NCBI GenBank assembly: GCA_023267375.1
Contig: JAHFNJ010000001.1
Span: 21,878-85,877, forward strand
DNA from: Candidatus Nomurabacteria bacterium
Lineage (GTDB): Bacteria; Patescibacteriota; Minisyncoccia; Phycocordibacterales; UBA9973
DNA length: 64,000 nt
Direction of reading: 5' to 3'
In this document: positions 1 through 9,336 of the stretch, piece after piece
How positions within the stretch are numbered: position 1 is the stretch's first letter
Layout: every line of letters starts with the position of its first letter
Made by a program: the position numbers and the translations under genes
Notes under the pieces: model-generated
Database searches by the model: none
What the model saw: only the letters and a program-made list of their open reading frames with translations
Told to the model about the DNA's origin: nothing

Positions 1-214
1 GGTCGCCAGTTCGGACACATTTTTGGATATCGGCGATACGAGTACCTGCGGGATGTTTCTGTCCTAACAAATACGGCACGAGTGGCTGCATGCCGGCAGT
101 ATTAAAAAGCACCGAAGGATCATTTTCGGGCACAAGCGAAGCTGAGGGAATAATTGCATGGCCTCGCTTCTCAAAAAACTCTAGAAATCGTTTCCGTATC
201 TCATCTGAATGCAT
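1..214 (-). CDS. alaS: Alanine--tRNA ligase, N-terminal part (runs off the window edge)
   Basis: Manual translation: [51 protein letters not shown]...IQKCVRTGD, the typical AlaRS N-terminus. Not in the ORF track because it is truncated. Confidence 0.93.
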   Translation of the reverse strand, partial: MHSDEIRKRFLEFFEKRGHAIIPSASLVPENDPSVLFNTAGMQPLVPYLLGQKHPAGTRIADIQKCVRTGD

Positions 215-217
215 ATA

Positions 218-697
218 TTAGTTTTTTTGATCTGGAGGAAATTGTTCAGACATTTTTCTGATCGGCTTTTCCAAAAGATTAAGGACGGTAAGAATAAAAA
301 GTACAAGAACAGTAACAATAATGGCAAGACTAAAGTAGCCAAATCCAGAAGCAATACCGATACTTGCAGAAACCCAGAGTCCCGAAGCGGTCGTTAACCC
401 TGCAATATGTGCTCCATGTTCCCGAAGAATGATCATACCTGCTCCCAAAAAGCCAACGCCTACAATAATCTGGGAAGCGATACGAGAAGGATCAAAACCA
501 GAGAGCCCTGGATGATTGAGAGGAATCATTTCTCCAATAAGCACAAACACCGCTGCTCCTAAAGCTACCAGTGCATGCGTCTTCATTCCTGCTTCTTTGT
601 GGACAAAAAGTCGTTCAGCTCCGATTGCCATACCTAAAACCATTGCAATGCCCAGTCGGGTAATAATATCACTATTGGTAATTAAAAATTGATGCAT
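218..697 (-). CDS. MgtC/SapB family membrane protein
   Basis: Motifs GAER...KEAGMKTHALV, DPSRIASQIIVGVGFLGAGMI and GLTTASGLW. Confidence 0.9.
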   Translation of the reverse strand: MHQFLITNSDIITRLGIAMVLGMAIGAERLFVHKEAGMKTHALVALGAAVFVLIGEMIPLNHPGLSGFDPSRIASQIIVGVGFLGAGMIILREHGAHIAGLTTASGLWVSASIGIASGFGYFSLAIIVTVLVLFILTVLNLLEKPIRKMSEQFPPDQKN

Positions 698-711
698 GAA
701 ATTTATTGTAA

Positions 712-1095
712 TTATTTAGTAATGTTCAAATATCCTCTTACTTTTTCAACAAGTTCATCAAGCGTAAAGTTTGCCTTAATGACGTACTCTTGCACCCCAA
801 GCTCTTGTGCTCTATCGATATACTTCTGTTCACCGAGATTTGAGAAAATAATGACAGGAATACGCGCAAACGTAGCATTTGCTTTTATCTCCTTCAAGAT
901 CTCAAACCCATCCATACCAGGAAGCATAATATCCAAAATAATAATGTCGGGGAGTATCCCCTTATTGATAAGATAATCAAAAGCCTGAACGCTGCTTGGC
1001 GCAGGCATAGTTTGGAAACCTTCTGTAAGGAATTTCCTTGAAATAAGATCCTGAATAAACTGGTCGTCTTCGATTATCATCACCTTGGGTGGCAT
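712..1095 (-). CDS. Single-domain response regulator (receiver only)
   Basis: IIEDD, DIIILDIMLPGMDGFEIL, S-N-L, YVIK. Start moved to MPPKV, which follows a TATAAT. Confidence 0.9.
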   Translation of the reverse strand: MPPKVMIIEDDQFIQDLISRKFLTEGFQTMPAPSSVQAFDYLINKGILPDIIILDIMLPGMDGFEILKEIKANATFARIPVIIFSNLGEQKYIDRAQELGVQEYVIKANFTLDELVEKVRGYLNITK

Positions 1096-1137
1096 AGTTC
1101 TTTTATTATAGAGTGTATTACCCGCTCCGGCAAGCAA

Positions 1138-2217
1138 CTAGGCCACGACGCCACCACCAACACAAACGGCTCCATCAAAAATAACGATTGATTGCCCAGG
1201 AGAAACAAGCTCTGGTTTTTTAAAAATAATATCAGCAGACGTTTCGCCGGTGACAGCAATAGTTACCGGAAGGAATTCACCATGGTAGCGAATTTGGGCA
1301 CGATATTTTTTTGAACCAGGGATACCGCTAATCCAATTCGTATGCGTCAACGAGATCGTACTGCCGGCAGTGTCGAGTAGCGAGAGCTTCTCATGAGAAA
1401 CAGTTACTGTATTTTTCAAGATATCTTTTGCTACCACATAATAAGGTGCCTCTGTCGCGGTTTTTTTTGTTACCGTAAAACCATGCCGCGTACCGAGCGT
1501 CAAAAAGACAGCACCATCATGCTCTCCAATAACCATACCATCCCGATCAAGAACTACTCCTTTTTTGGGGTGAATATAGTGTGAAAGAAAATCCTTCATA
1601 TCAAGTGGCCCCAAGAAACAAACACCTTGGCTGTCTTTTTTCTCTGCAGTAGGAAGACCATATTTCTCGGCAAGCTTTCGTACATACGGTTTTTTAAAAC
1701 CCCCAACAGGAAATAAAATGTGTGCAAGATCTTCTTGCTGTAGTGTCCAAAGAAAGTAACTCTGATCTTTTGCAGGATCGGCACCCATTTGTAATGTATT
1801 ACTATTTTTTTGTATTTTGTTTTGGGCATAGTGTCCTGTGGCAATATAGTCTGCCCCTTTTGCTTTTGCCCACTTCCAAAAAGCACCAAATTTCACCTCT
1901 CGATTACAAGCAACATCAGGATTTGGTGTTCGTCCCTCTTTGTATTCACGGATCATGTAATCAGCAACGCCTTCTTTATATTCTTTTTCCAGATCACATT
2001 CTAAGAACGGAATATCAAGATGCGCAGCAACGCGCATCGCGTCACGCCGTTCGCTTCGCCACGTACAGTCAATGAAATCGGGAGTCCAAGTGCGAATAAA
2101 AACTCCGACGACTTTGTAGCCCTCGTTCTTCAAAAGTGCAGCAGAAACAGAAGAATCCACGCCTCCGGAAAGACCGACAAAAACAGTGCCTTTTTTATTT
2201 TTTAATTTATGAGACAT
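1138..2217 (-). CDS. mnmA: tRNA 2-thiouridylase MnmA
   Basis: SGGVDS, TPNPDVACNREVKF, ATGHY, KDQSYFL, DSQGVCF, PGQ. Start uncertain (2217 or 2250). Confidence 0.96.
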   Translation of the reverse strand: MSHKLKNKKGTVFVGLSGGVDSSVSAALLKNEGYKVVGVFIRTWTPDFIDCTWRSERRDAMRVAAHLDIPFLECDLEKEYKEGVADYMIREYKEGRTPNPDVACNREVKFGAFWKWAKAKGADYIATGHYAQNKIQKNSNTLQMGADPAKDQSYFLWTLQQEDLAHILFPVGGFKKPYVRKLAEKYGLPTAEKKDSQGVCFLGPLDMKDFLSHYIHPKKGVVLDRDGMVIGEHDGAVFLTLGTRHGFTVTKKTATEAPYYVVAKDILKNTVTVSHEKLSLLDTAGSTISLTHTNWISGIPGSKKYRAQIRYHGEFLPVTIAVTGETSADIIFKKPELVSPGQSIVIFDGAVCVGGGVVA

Positions 2218-2288
2218 TGTATTATTAGTAAGTACGTTCATTTGAAACAATAACCTAGAAGCAGGCTCAGCTCCTTTGAGCGAGACTT

Positions 2289-2371
2289 TCCCTTTTTAGA
2301 ACATTGCGCAGTGCGTCGGCACGAGCATAGCGATTTTTCAACAGAAAAATACGCGTGTTCTCAAAAAGGGA
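2289..2371. repeat. Intergenic palindromic element with a multi-branch stem-loop
   Basis: Outer arms TCCCTTTTTAGAACA and TGTTCTCAAAAAGGGA, with inner TTTTTC-AACA-GAAAAA hairpin. Confidence 0.6.
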
Positions 2372-2386
2372 CAGGTAAGCGTATTT

Positions 2387-2653
2387 TTAGGATTTTGCAT
2401 AGAGGTCTTTTGTGACAAGTGCCTGGAGGGCTAGTCCACCCAGAAGACCAAAGAGGATACTATTATAGAACCCAAACAAAATCAACAAAATAAGCAAGAG
2501 AGCCGCAAGGTGTCCGTGATTAAAATGGACAATGTAAGCATAGATACGCACGTTTACGACTCGTAAAAATGCACGCTTCCCTAGTTTTCGCTGAGAAAAA
2601 AGCATGCCGATAATAAATCCTATTATGAAACTCAGTACAAATTGTGCGTACAT
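2387..2653 (-). CDS. Small hypothetical membrane protein
   Basis: 88-aa ORF with about 3 hydrophobic segments and an HFNH motif. Confidence 0.65.
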   Translation of the reverse strand: MYAQFVLSFIIGFIIGMLFSQRKLGKRAFLRVVNVRIYAYIVHFNHGHLAALLLILLILFGFYNSILFGLLGGLALQALVTKDLYAKS

Positions 2654-2790
2654 CCGGTAGTGAAAAATGGCATTATTGATTTCTGCTATTTTTTATTGAT
2701 GATAATGAATTGTCATAATTGTATAGTATGCCTATTCTCAGTCAATGCTCAGACTTTTCGTCTGAGCCATGCCATTTTCTACTACCGGAT
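2652..2790. repeat. 139-bp element with 22-bp imperfect terminal inverted repeats
   Basis: ATCCGGTAGTGAAAAATGGCAT (2652-2673) and ATGCCATTTTCTACTACCGGAT (2769-2790). Internal hairpin GCTCAGAC/GTCTGAGC. Confidence 0.7.
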
Positions 2791-2797
2791 ACATTTT

Positions 2798-3361
2798 TTA
2801 TAAAACAATTAATTTCTTATAGAGTTCAAAAGTTGCCCGAGCATCAGAGAGCGCACGATGCGAATGTTCATTTGCAATACCAAAATACTCACAGAGCGAG
2901 CGGAGCGAATATTTTTCAATCGTTTCATTCAAATTCAATTTCGCAAATGCGATCGAGATGGTGTCGAGTTTGAGATAATGCATTTGATTCCCGTATCCAG
3001 TCGACTTCAATACTTTGTCAAGAAAAGCAGAGTCAAAAGAAACATTGTGCCCGACCATAATCGCACCAACAGTCTTTTCAGAAAAAAGCTTCATTGCCTC
3101 TTCTTTTGAAATAGCATCTACCCATTCTTCATTAGTATAGCCATTTACCCGAAGCGACACAGGGTCAGCAGTACCCAACTGTTCTGGTTTTATCTTTATA
3201 TCAAACTCATCGAAAACACGAAAAGACGGCACTCCATCTTCTGTGTCCCAATCTTGCTCGACAAGCACGCAACCGATTTCAATTATTTCATGGCGCTCGA
3301 CATCGAGCCCGGTTGTTTCGGTATCGATGAAGGCGAGCCGTTGTTGTTTCATTTGGGTCAT
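2798..3361 (-). CDS. DEDDh 3'-5' exonuclease (DnaQ/epsilon-like)
   Basis: FIDTETTGL, VGHNVSFD, HRALSDA. Confidence 0.92.
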   Translation of the reverse strand: MTQMKQQRLAFIDTETTGLDVERHEIIEIGCVLVEQDWDTEDGVPSFRVFDEFDIKIKPEQLGTADPVSLRVNGYTNEEWVDAISKEEAMKLFSEKTVGAIMVGHNVSFDSAFLDKVLKSTGYGNQMHYLKLDTISIAFAKLNLNETIEKYSLRSLCEYFGIANEHSHRALSDARATFELYKKLIVL

Positions 3362-3366
3362 AAGAG

Positions 3367-4362
3367 CTACTTCAAATAGAGCGTTTGATTCTTCTTATGC
3401 TCCTCGAATGTTGTAGCGTAGTGAATTGTACCATTTGCATCGTGGAGATAAAACAGGTAGGGCGTCTTTGCCGGATGCGCAGCCGCTTTAAGCGACGCCA
3501 GCCCAGGATTGGCGATCGGAGCAGGAGGTAGCCCTGTATGGATATACGTATTGTACGGAGAATCAATTTTTAAGTCAGTAAGGGTAAGCTCGCTTGATGA
3601 TTTGCCAGTTATAAACGAAAGTGTGGCATCGGCTCCAAGCGGCATCCTTTTTGCTAAACGATTCATAAAAATGCCTGCAATCGTCGCGCGATCCGAGTCC
3701 CCCGCTGCCTCTTTTTCAACGATTGAAGCAAGGATTACCATATCAGCAAACTGGTTTGTGTTCATGTTTTTAAATTCTTTCGTTGCTACCAAAAAATTAT
3801 CTTCAAGTGTTTGCACAACAACTTCTGTTGTTGCTCCTGGAAAAAAGAAGTACGTGTCGGGGAATAAATACCCCTCCTTCCCTTCTGTTTGTTTTAAAAA
3901 TGTTTCAACGGAGAAGCCATCTAGTTTCTGAGATAAAACTTTCGCCATCTCAGATCTGGTCAGCCCTTCAGGAAGTGTTACTTTCACCATAGGAAGATTG
4001 TGATTCTTACTTGCAATCATTTCCGCAACAAGCACAACTGACGGCCGTGTGTCGAACAGATAATCGCCAGGCGCAATTTTTTTCTCACCACCAAACAAGA
4101 CCACAAAAAATTTAAAAACAAGGACTGAACGAATCACCTGAGCGCTCGCCAATGCTTCGCCAGCTTGCGTCAACGAAGAACCCTCTGCAATCGTGACGGT
4201 AGTTCCTTTTACAAACGCACCCGGAGGAGTAATGAGAGAGAAGTACGCCACAAAAACAGCTAGGCAGAAAAAGAAAGCGATAGTTGCTTTTCTTTTTCCT
4301 GGGCGCAACTTTTCTATGCCATAATCGTGTGGATTAATATGGGATGGTTGAGTATCGTTCAT
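3367..4362 (-). CDS. mltG: Endolytic transglycosylase MltG
   Basis: N-terminal TM, EGYLFPDTY, LASIVEKEA, DSPYNTY..GLPPAPIANPG. Start moved to MNDTQ to avoid overlap with the upstream gene. Confidence 0.93.
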   Translation of the reverse strand: MNDTQPSHINPHDYGIEKLRPGKRKATIAFFFCLAVFVAYFSLITPPGAFVKGTTVTIAEGSSLTQAGEALASAQVIRSVLVFKFFVVLFGGEKKIAPGDYLFDTRPSVVLVAEMIASKNHNLPMVKVTLPEGLTRSEMAKVLSQKLDGFSVETFLKQTEGKEGYLFPDTYFFFPGATTEVVVQTLEDNFLVATKEFKNMNTNQFADMVILASIVEKEAAGDSDRATIAGIFMNRLAKRMPLGADATLSFITGKSSSELTLTDLKIDSPYNTYIHTGLPPAPIANPGLASLKAAAHPAKTPYLFYLHDANGTIHYATTFEEHKKNQTLYLK

Positions 4363-4372
4363 GAAATGATGC

Positions 4373-5686
4373 CTACATTGGCAAGTTGTGTGGTGGTTCT
4401 GATTTACGAGATTCAAGACGACGGAAGGTAGGTGTTTCAGATACACGACCGGGGAAGTGATAGAGTGTGGCGAGTTCTTCACTAGACATCACCATAATCT
4501 CTGGCTTTTGAGATGGAAAGAAATTCTCCAAAAAACCGTACGAAAATGTATCACGAATACGTAAATAAAAGAAAGCGCGCAATTTATATTTCTGGAGCAT
4601 ATCGCGCTTCAATTTTGTTTCTACCTTCCCCGTAATGTCTTGCCATGGATCATCCGCGTAGTTTGTCTTGTTTACGCGCTGAAATCCATTCAAGGTGTTG
4701 CTCTCATAACTCTTCAGCATCAATTCAATACCTTTTGAGGTGTATTTGTGGTAATTTTCTTTTTTGGCGATATAGAGAACACGAATACCTACATCAAACG
4801 GCAATTTATTTAAATTGCGTTCAATAGAAAAAATAATTTCTCGCTGCCCTTTCGTCATACCAGCTGGAGACTTCCCTTCTTCTTCATCATCTTCAACCGC
4901 ATGACTTGACCCCTTTGAGTACTTTTCTTTCAACTCATCGATCACGTGTTCCGCCTCTTCCATATACCCGTGGTGTCCATGAAAAAAGTGGTACAGATAT
5001 TCTGACTGTTGCGCACGAATAACGATCTGATACCAAATTTGTTCGCCTTTTCCAATCGAACCCATAAGCTCGATCTGACTTGTAATCGGATCAATACGTT
5101 CCTGTTCAGTATCTTCACCGGTTGTTTTATCAAGACCGTAGTCAACATACGTTTTTATAGGATAGACATTCGATTTTCTGAAACCAAATTCCGTTCCCCA
5201 CACTTCCCAACCATTTCCTTTTTCATACGGTGGCACGTTACTCGTATAGTCCGGAACGTCATGGATTTCGGCTTGTGGATATTGCGCATATATTTGTGAT
5301 TCTACTTCGCGGCGCAAACGCGATGGAGTCCAAATAAAAAAATACACTCTTCCTTCGATCGATACAATTTCCAAAGAAAACCAAATGCGAACGAGCCCTA
5401 GCCAAAATCGTTCATAAAATGTACCAAGACCACTTGTTTGATAAAACGCATTCGTTAAAATAACTTCCATTGCAAGCGGTGATTTATACACATCTTTCGG
5501 AAGCTGTATCTGTAAGAGTGTCCACTTCAATTTTGAAATATACACTTCACGAACATAGTGAATCCAGAAGCGGACTGCCGCATACCAAAAGAACCAGAGA
5601 AAAACAAATGGGATAATCCATCGTATGATGGCAACAATATAGAAAAGAAGTGAGTGGGTTATTTGAGAAACACCAATATCGAGCAT
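4373..5686 (-). CDS. Conserved hypothetical membrane-anchored protein (CPR-type family)
   Basis: 437 aa, N-terminal TM, motifs SLEIVS.EG, IYAQYP.AEI, EELATLYHFP and C-terminal PP.NLP, which I recall from Parcubacteria proteins. Function unknown. Confidence 0.75.
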   Translation of the reverse strand: MLDIGVSQITHSLLFYIVAIIRWIIPFVFLWFFWYAAVRFWIHYVREVYISKLKWTLLQIQLPKDVYKSPLAMEVILTNAFYQTSGLGTFYERFWLGLVRIWFSLEIVSIEGRVYFFIWTPSRLRREVESQIYAQYPQAEIHDVPDYTSNVPPYEKGNGWEVWGTEFGFRKSNVYPIKTYVDYGLDKTTGEDTEQERIDPITSQIELMGSIGKGEQIWYQIVIRAQQSEYLYHFFHGHHGYMEEAEHVIDELKEKYSKGSSHAVEDDEEEGKSPAGMTKGQREIIFSIERNLNKLPFDVGIRVLYIAKKENYHKYTSKGIELMLKSYESNTLNGFQRVNKTNYADDPWQDITGKVETKLKRDMLQKYKLRAFFYLRIRDTFSYGFLENFFPSQKPEIMVMSSEELATLYHFPGRVSETPTFRRLESRKSEPPHNLPM

Positions 5687-5704
5687 ATATAATTATTATA
5701 GCAT

Positions 5705-6202
5705 TTAGAATGAAACAGGCACATCAACAACACTTGGATGCCGACCGTGATCGCTTGATATATATATGTGTACCGTGGATGTTTGCAGGTCACCGAGAAT
5801 TGAAGGAATTGTCGTTTCAAAATATGCAGGTAGATTAAAATTCGAATCCTTGCGCAAAAGCGGATACTCTGCACTGATAAGTTGCCCGCGCTCATTTAAG
5901 ATCTTCACGTAACCAACAGTAATCGGCGCATTGTTCCAACCGCAGCCGTTTATATAACCACGAACAGTAATAGGCATCTGAACTTGCTGATTCGGCATTG
6001 GATCAAGTACGGTGATTCCACACGGCAAATGAGTCGGTCGTTCAAACTTAAGTGGACGTGAGCGTTCAGGAACTTGATAGGGATTCGTATTAGTACTAAC
6101 TACAGAATGCTTTACTGCAAAAAAACCAAAGAGAAGTAATATTAAAACTACTCCGACAAGAATGAGTATGACGTGCGTGAACCCCCTCGTGCCATTTTTC
6201 AT
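5705..6202 (-). CDS. Membrane-anchored protein with a Gmad2-like immunoglobulin domain
   Basis: N-terminal RGFT plus TM segment. ITVLDPMPNQQV..PITVRG..GW...VKILNERGQLI pattern. Confidence 0.6.
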   Translation of the reverse strand: MKNGTRGFTHVILILVGVVLILLLFGFFAVKHSVVSTNTNPYQVPERSRPLKFERPTHLPCGITVLDPMPNQQVQMPITVRGYINGCGWNNAPITVGYVKILNERGQLISAEYPLLRKDSNFNLPAYFETTIPSILGDLQTSTVHIYISSDHGRHPSVVDVPVSF

Positions 6203-6224
6203 AGATGATTCAAGTATAACAAAA

Positions 6225-6248
6225 ATCTCCCGAAAAGGGAGATTTTTG
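6225..6248. terminator. Intrinsic terminator
   Basis: AAAATCTCCC-GAAAA-GGGAGATTTTT directly after the stop of the 342-aa gene. Confidence 0.7.
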
Positions 6249-6249
6249 T

Positions 6250-7278
6250 TTACGCTACACTATAGAGTCCGTTTTTATTCTTCTTGAAATATTTTGGATT
6301 CTGCAGATTGACGAGGATTGTATTTTTCTTAAGAAAACGTTCTTTGGAAACCTTATCGACAACATCATCTTTCGAGAGCGGTCCTTCTTTTTTCAAAATT
6401 TCCTTGATGACATCGCGGACAATTCCTTTTTTATATCCCCATTCAGAGAGTCCGTAAGTACCGCGACCAACCAACACGAAACGCCCATCTTTAATAAGTT
6501 CATTGTGACAGGTAGCCGTGTGACATTTCTTGTTGAACGTATCACCGATAGCTTTTGCAACTTCACGGAAGTGCATTGGTGAACCATGTTTTCGCATCAT
6601 AAGGAATGCGTAATCTTTGATACCGCGAGTCTTCACATTTGAAGATTCTGCCTTACCCCATTCACCGAGTGGATTGCGATTTATATTTTTTGAAATGTTC
6701 AACCAGCGACGAGCGATTTCTTCATTGCGGTATTTATCAGAAACGTTCTTGATGTTCTCAAGAAATCGACTGATCAAATCAGATTCGGAAATGAGTTCAT
6801 CATCAGAAAGAGAACTGTAGAGTTTGCGAAGTGACTCATGCACTTCTTTTGAAATTTCATCATCAACACTCCAGCGTGCACGGAACTCTTCATCTTCTTT
6901 TTCTTTCTTAAATTCGTCACCCAAGACGAGATAGAGGTGGATGTGGTTCTGCGTAGCTTTATCAGAAGAGAGATGTTCAAGGAAATCATCCTCAGAGACA
7001 ACGGCACCAAGCTCATGCATAGCAGTTTTGAGTTCTTCAAACGCCTGAGTTGCTTCCTTAAATGTTTCAGACTTTTTAACAGCAGCGAGCGCAGCGTTTT
7101 CAATCTGACGAACACGCTCACGAGTAATACCATATTTTTGACCGATAGCTTCAAGCGTCTTTCGTTCTGCATCTTCACCTAAACCGAAACGATTAAAGAC
7201 CACATCGTACGCGCGGTTCTGAAGTGGTGAGAGAATCTTTTTAGTAACTTGCTTAGGTTTGAAGGAAATTTTTGCCAT
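6250..7278 (-). CDS. Sigma70 region-4-like HTH fused to a HARE-HTH/RNAP-delta-like domain
   Basis: N-terminal TLEAIGQKYGITRERVRQIE and C-terminal GSPMHFREVA...HNELIKDGRFVLVGRGTYGLSEWGY. No sigma region 2 seen. Confidence 0.75.
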   Translation of the reverse strand: MAKISFKPKQVTKKILSPLQNRAYDVVFNRFGLGEDAERKTLEAIGQKYGITRERVRQIENAALAAVKKSETFKEATQAFEELKTAMHELGAVVSEDDFLEHLSSDKATQNHIHLYLVLGDEFKKEKEDEEFRARWSVDDEISKEVHESLRKLYSSLSDDELISESDLISRFLENIKNVSDKYRNEEIARRWLNISKNINRNPLGEWGKAESSNVKTRGIKDYAFLMMRKHGSPMHFREVAKAIGDTFNKKCHTATCHNELIKDGRFVLVGRGTYGLSEWGYKKGIVRDVIKEILKKEGPLSKDDVVDKVSKERFLKKNTILVNLQNPKYFKKNKNGLYSVA

Positions 7279-7421
7279 TTGTTTTATAAAATTAACGCTT
7301 ATAAAATATGATATTTATTAATCGGTGAACCCATTCTACACTATGGTAAAAAATTGTCAACTATTTTTAAAACCCTTATTTAACAAGCTTTTTCTGTGAT
7401 TTCCCCCTTCCGCCAAACGAG

Positions 7422-9206
7422 CTATGACTTACTTTTGGCCTTATTTCGAGCCTGTTCATTAAGGTATTTTTTGCGTAGACGGACTGACCCAGGAGTGATT
7501 TCTAAGTATTCATCGTCAGCCATCACCTCAAGACCGCGCTCAATTGAGAGCGTATATGGAGGAGTCACAGTAATTGCTTCATCAGAACCAGATGCGCGCA
7601 TGTTGGTAAGCTGTTTTCCTTTAATCGGATTTACCGCGAGTTCTCCACCTTTGAGCACGTTACCGATAACCATACCTTCATACACTTCAGTACCGTGGCC
7701 GATATAGAGCAATCCGCGATCCTGCAAATTCCAGAGCGCAAAAGCAACCGCTTTACCAGCAATCATTGAAGTCATTGAACCAACATCTCGGCTCTTAATT
7801 TCTCCGGCATATGGACGGAAGCCAACTACGCGTGAAGACATAATCCCCTCGCCTTTGGTATCGATAACGAACATCCCTCGGTAGCCCAAAAGTCCGCGAG
7901 TTGGAATTTCAAATGAAAGTCGGGCAATTCCCTCTTTCTCATGCATCGCGGTCATAAGACCACGGCGGCGAGTAAGCTTTTCGATAACGGCGCCAGACAT
8001 TTCTTGTGGTACATCGATACTTACCTCTTCATACGGTTCCATTTTCTCCCCATCAACTTCTTTGATGATAACTTTTGGCTGTGACACCTGGAGTTCATAT
8101 CCTTCACGACGCATATTTTCAAGCAACACAGAAATGTGGAGTTCTCCACGTCCATAGACTTTGAAAAATTCACCTGAGTCGAAATCAACTTTCAATCCGA
8201 CGTTTATTTCAAGTTCACGTTCAAGACGCTCGCGAATCTGGCGAGAAGTAACAAATTTTCCTTCGCGACCAGCAAACGGTGAATCATTCACCAAAAATTC
8301 AAGCGAGATAGTCGGCTCATCAATTGCAATCGCAGGCATTGCAGGTGTTGCTTCATCAATAACAAGTGTTTCGCCGATGTAAATGTCAGGAATACCCGCA
8401 ACGATAGCAATTTCACCAGAGTTGATTGAATCTACTTCAGTACGTGCAATTCCTTCAAAATTGAATAGCTTCGTGATTTTTGCCTTACGTGATACACCAT
8501 CACTACTCTTTACGATAATAGGATCACTGGCCTTTATTGACCCACTGTAGACACGCACGATAGCAAGACGTCCCAAGAAGTTGTCATAGCCCAAGTTAAA
8601 TACTTGTGCTGAAAAAGACTTTTCAAGATCAACCGATGCAACAGGAACTTCTTCGAGTATCAAATCAAGCAACGGAGTGAGGTCTTTGCGTTCATCTTCG
8701 AGATTTTTCATAGCAACACCCTGTCGTCCGATAGCGTAAATGGTTTTGAAATCAATCTGTTCGTTTGTTGCGCCAAGTTCGATAAAGAGTTCCAAGATTT
8801 CATCGTGCGCCCGTGCTGGATCGGCTGCAGGCTTATCGATTTTGTTTAAAACGACGATCGGCTTCAATCCAAGCTCTAATGATTTCTTGAGCACAAAGCG
8901 AGTCTGCGGCATCGGACCTTCTTGTGCATCAACAACAAGAAGCACGTCGTCGATAGCACGAAGTACGCGTTCAACTTCTGAACCGAAGTCAGCGTGACCA
9001 GGAGTGTCTACGATGTTAATTTTTGTACCCTTATAGTTAACAGAAGTATTTTTTGCGTAAATAGTGATGCCACGCTCTTGCTCAAGTGCGTTTGAGTCCA
9101 TTGTTACACCCTCTTCAACCATTCCACACTGACGCATAAGCGCATCAGTAAGAGTTGTCTTGCCGTGGTCCACGTGAGCAATAATCGCAATGTTTCGAAT
9201 ATCCAT
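7422..9206 (-). CDS. typA: Translational GTPase TypA/BipA
   Basis: IAIIAHVDHGKTT, DTPGHADF, GRGELH, PTRGLLG, NMRASGSD. Confidence 0.98.
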   Translation of the reverse strand: MDIRNIAIIAHVDHGKTTLTDALMRQCGMVEEGVTMDSNALEQERGITIYAKNTSVNYKGTKINIVDTPGHADFGSEVERVLRAIDDVLLVVDAQEGPMPQTRFVLKKSLELGLKPIVVLNKIDKPAADPARAHDEILELFIELGATNEQIDFKTIYAIGRQGVAMKNLEDERKDLTPLLDLILEEVPVASVDLEKSFSAQVFNLGYDNFLGRLAIVRVYSGSIKASDPIIVKSSDGVSRKAKITKLFNFEGIARTEVDSINSGEIAIVAGIPDIYIGETLVIDEATPAMPAIAIDEPTISLEFLVNDSPFAGREGKFVTSRQIRERLERELEINVGLKVDFDSGEFFKVYGRGELHISVLLENMRREGYELQVSQPKVIIKEVDGEKMEPYEEVSIDVPQEMSGAVIEKLTRRRGLMTAMHEKEGIARLSFEIPTRGLLGYRGMFVIDTKGEGIMSSRVVGFRPYAGEIKSRDVGSMTSMIAGKAVAFALWNLQDRGLLYIGHGTEVYEGMVIGNVLKGGELAVNPIKGKQLTNMRASGSDEAITVTPPYTLSIERGLEVMADDEYLEITPGSVRLRKKYLNEQARNKAKSKS

Positions 9207-9336
9207 GAAAAAGTAAATAAGTAAGCTTGTAAATTGGTAATCTAGAAAATAAAAAAGCCCTTACGGCTTGTTTTGTGTAGCTACTATACCAGCAAAAATG
9301 AATTGGTGCAAGACTGTGGCAGTCGTGTCAATTACC

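Noticed and set aside
2652-2790. 6S RNA identity for the long inverted-repeat element
   Set aside because: It is shorter than typical 6S RNA, lacks a clear second long stem beyond a central bubble, and contains a promoter-like sequence. It is kept only as an unassigned element pending an Rfam search.
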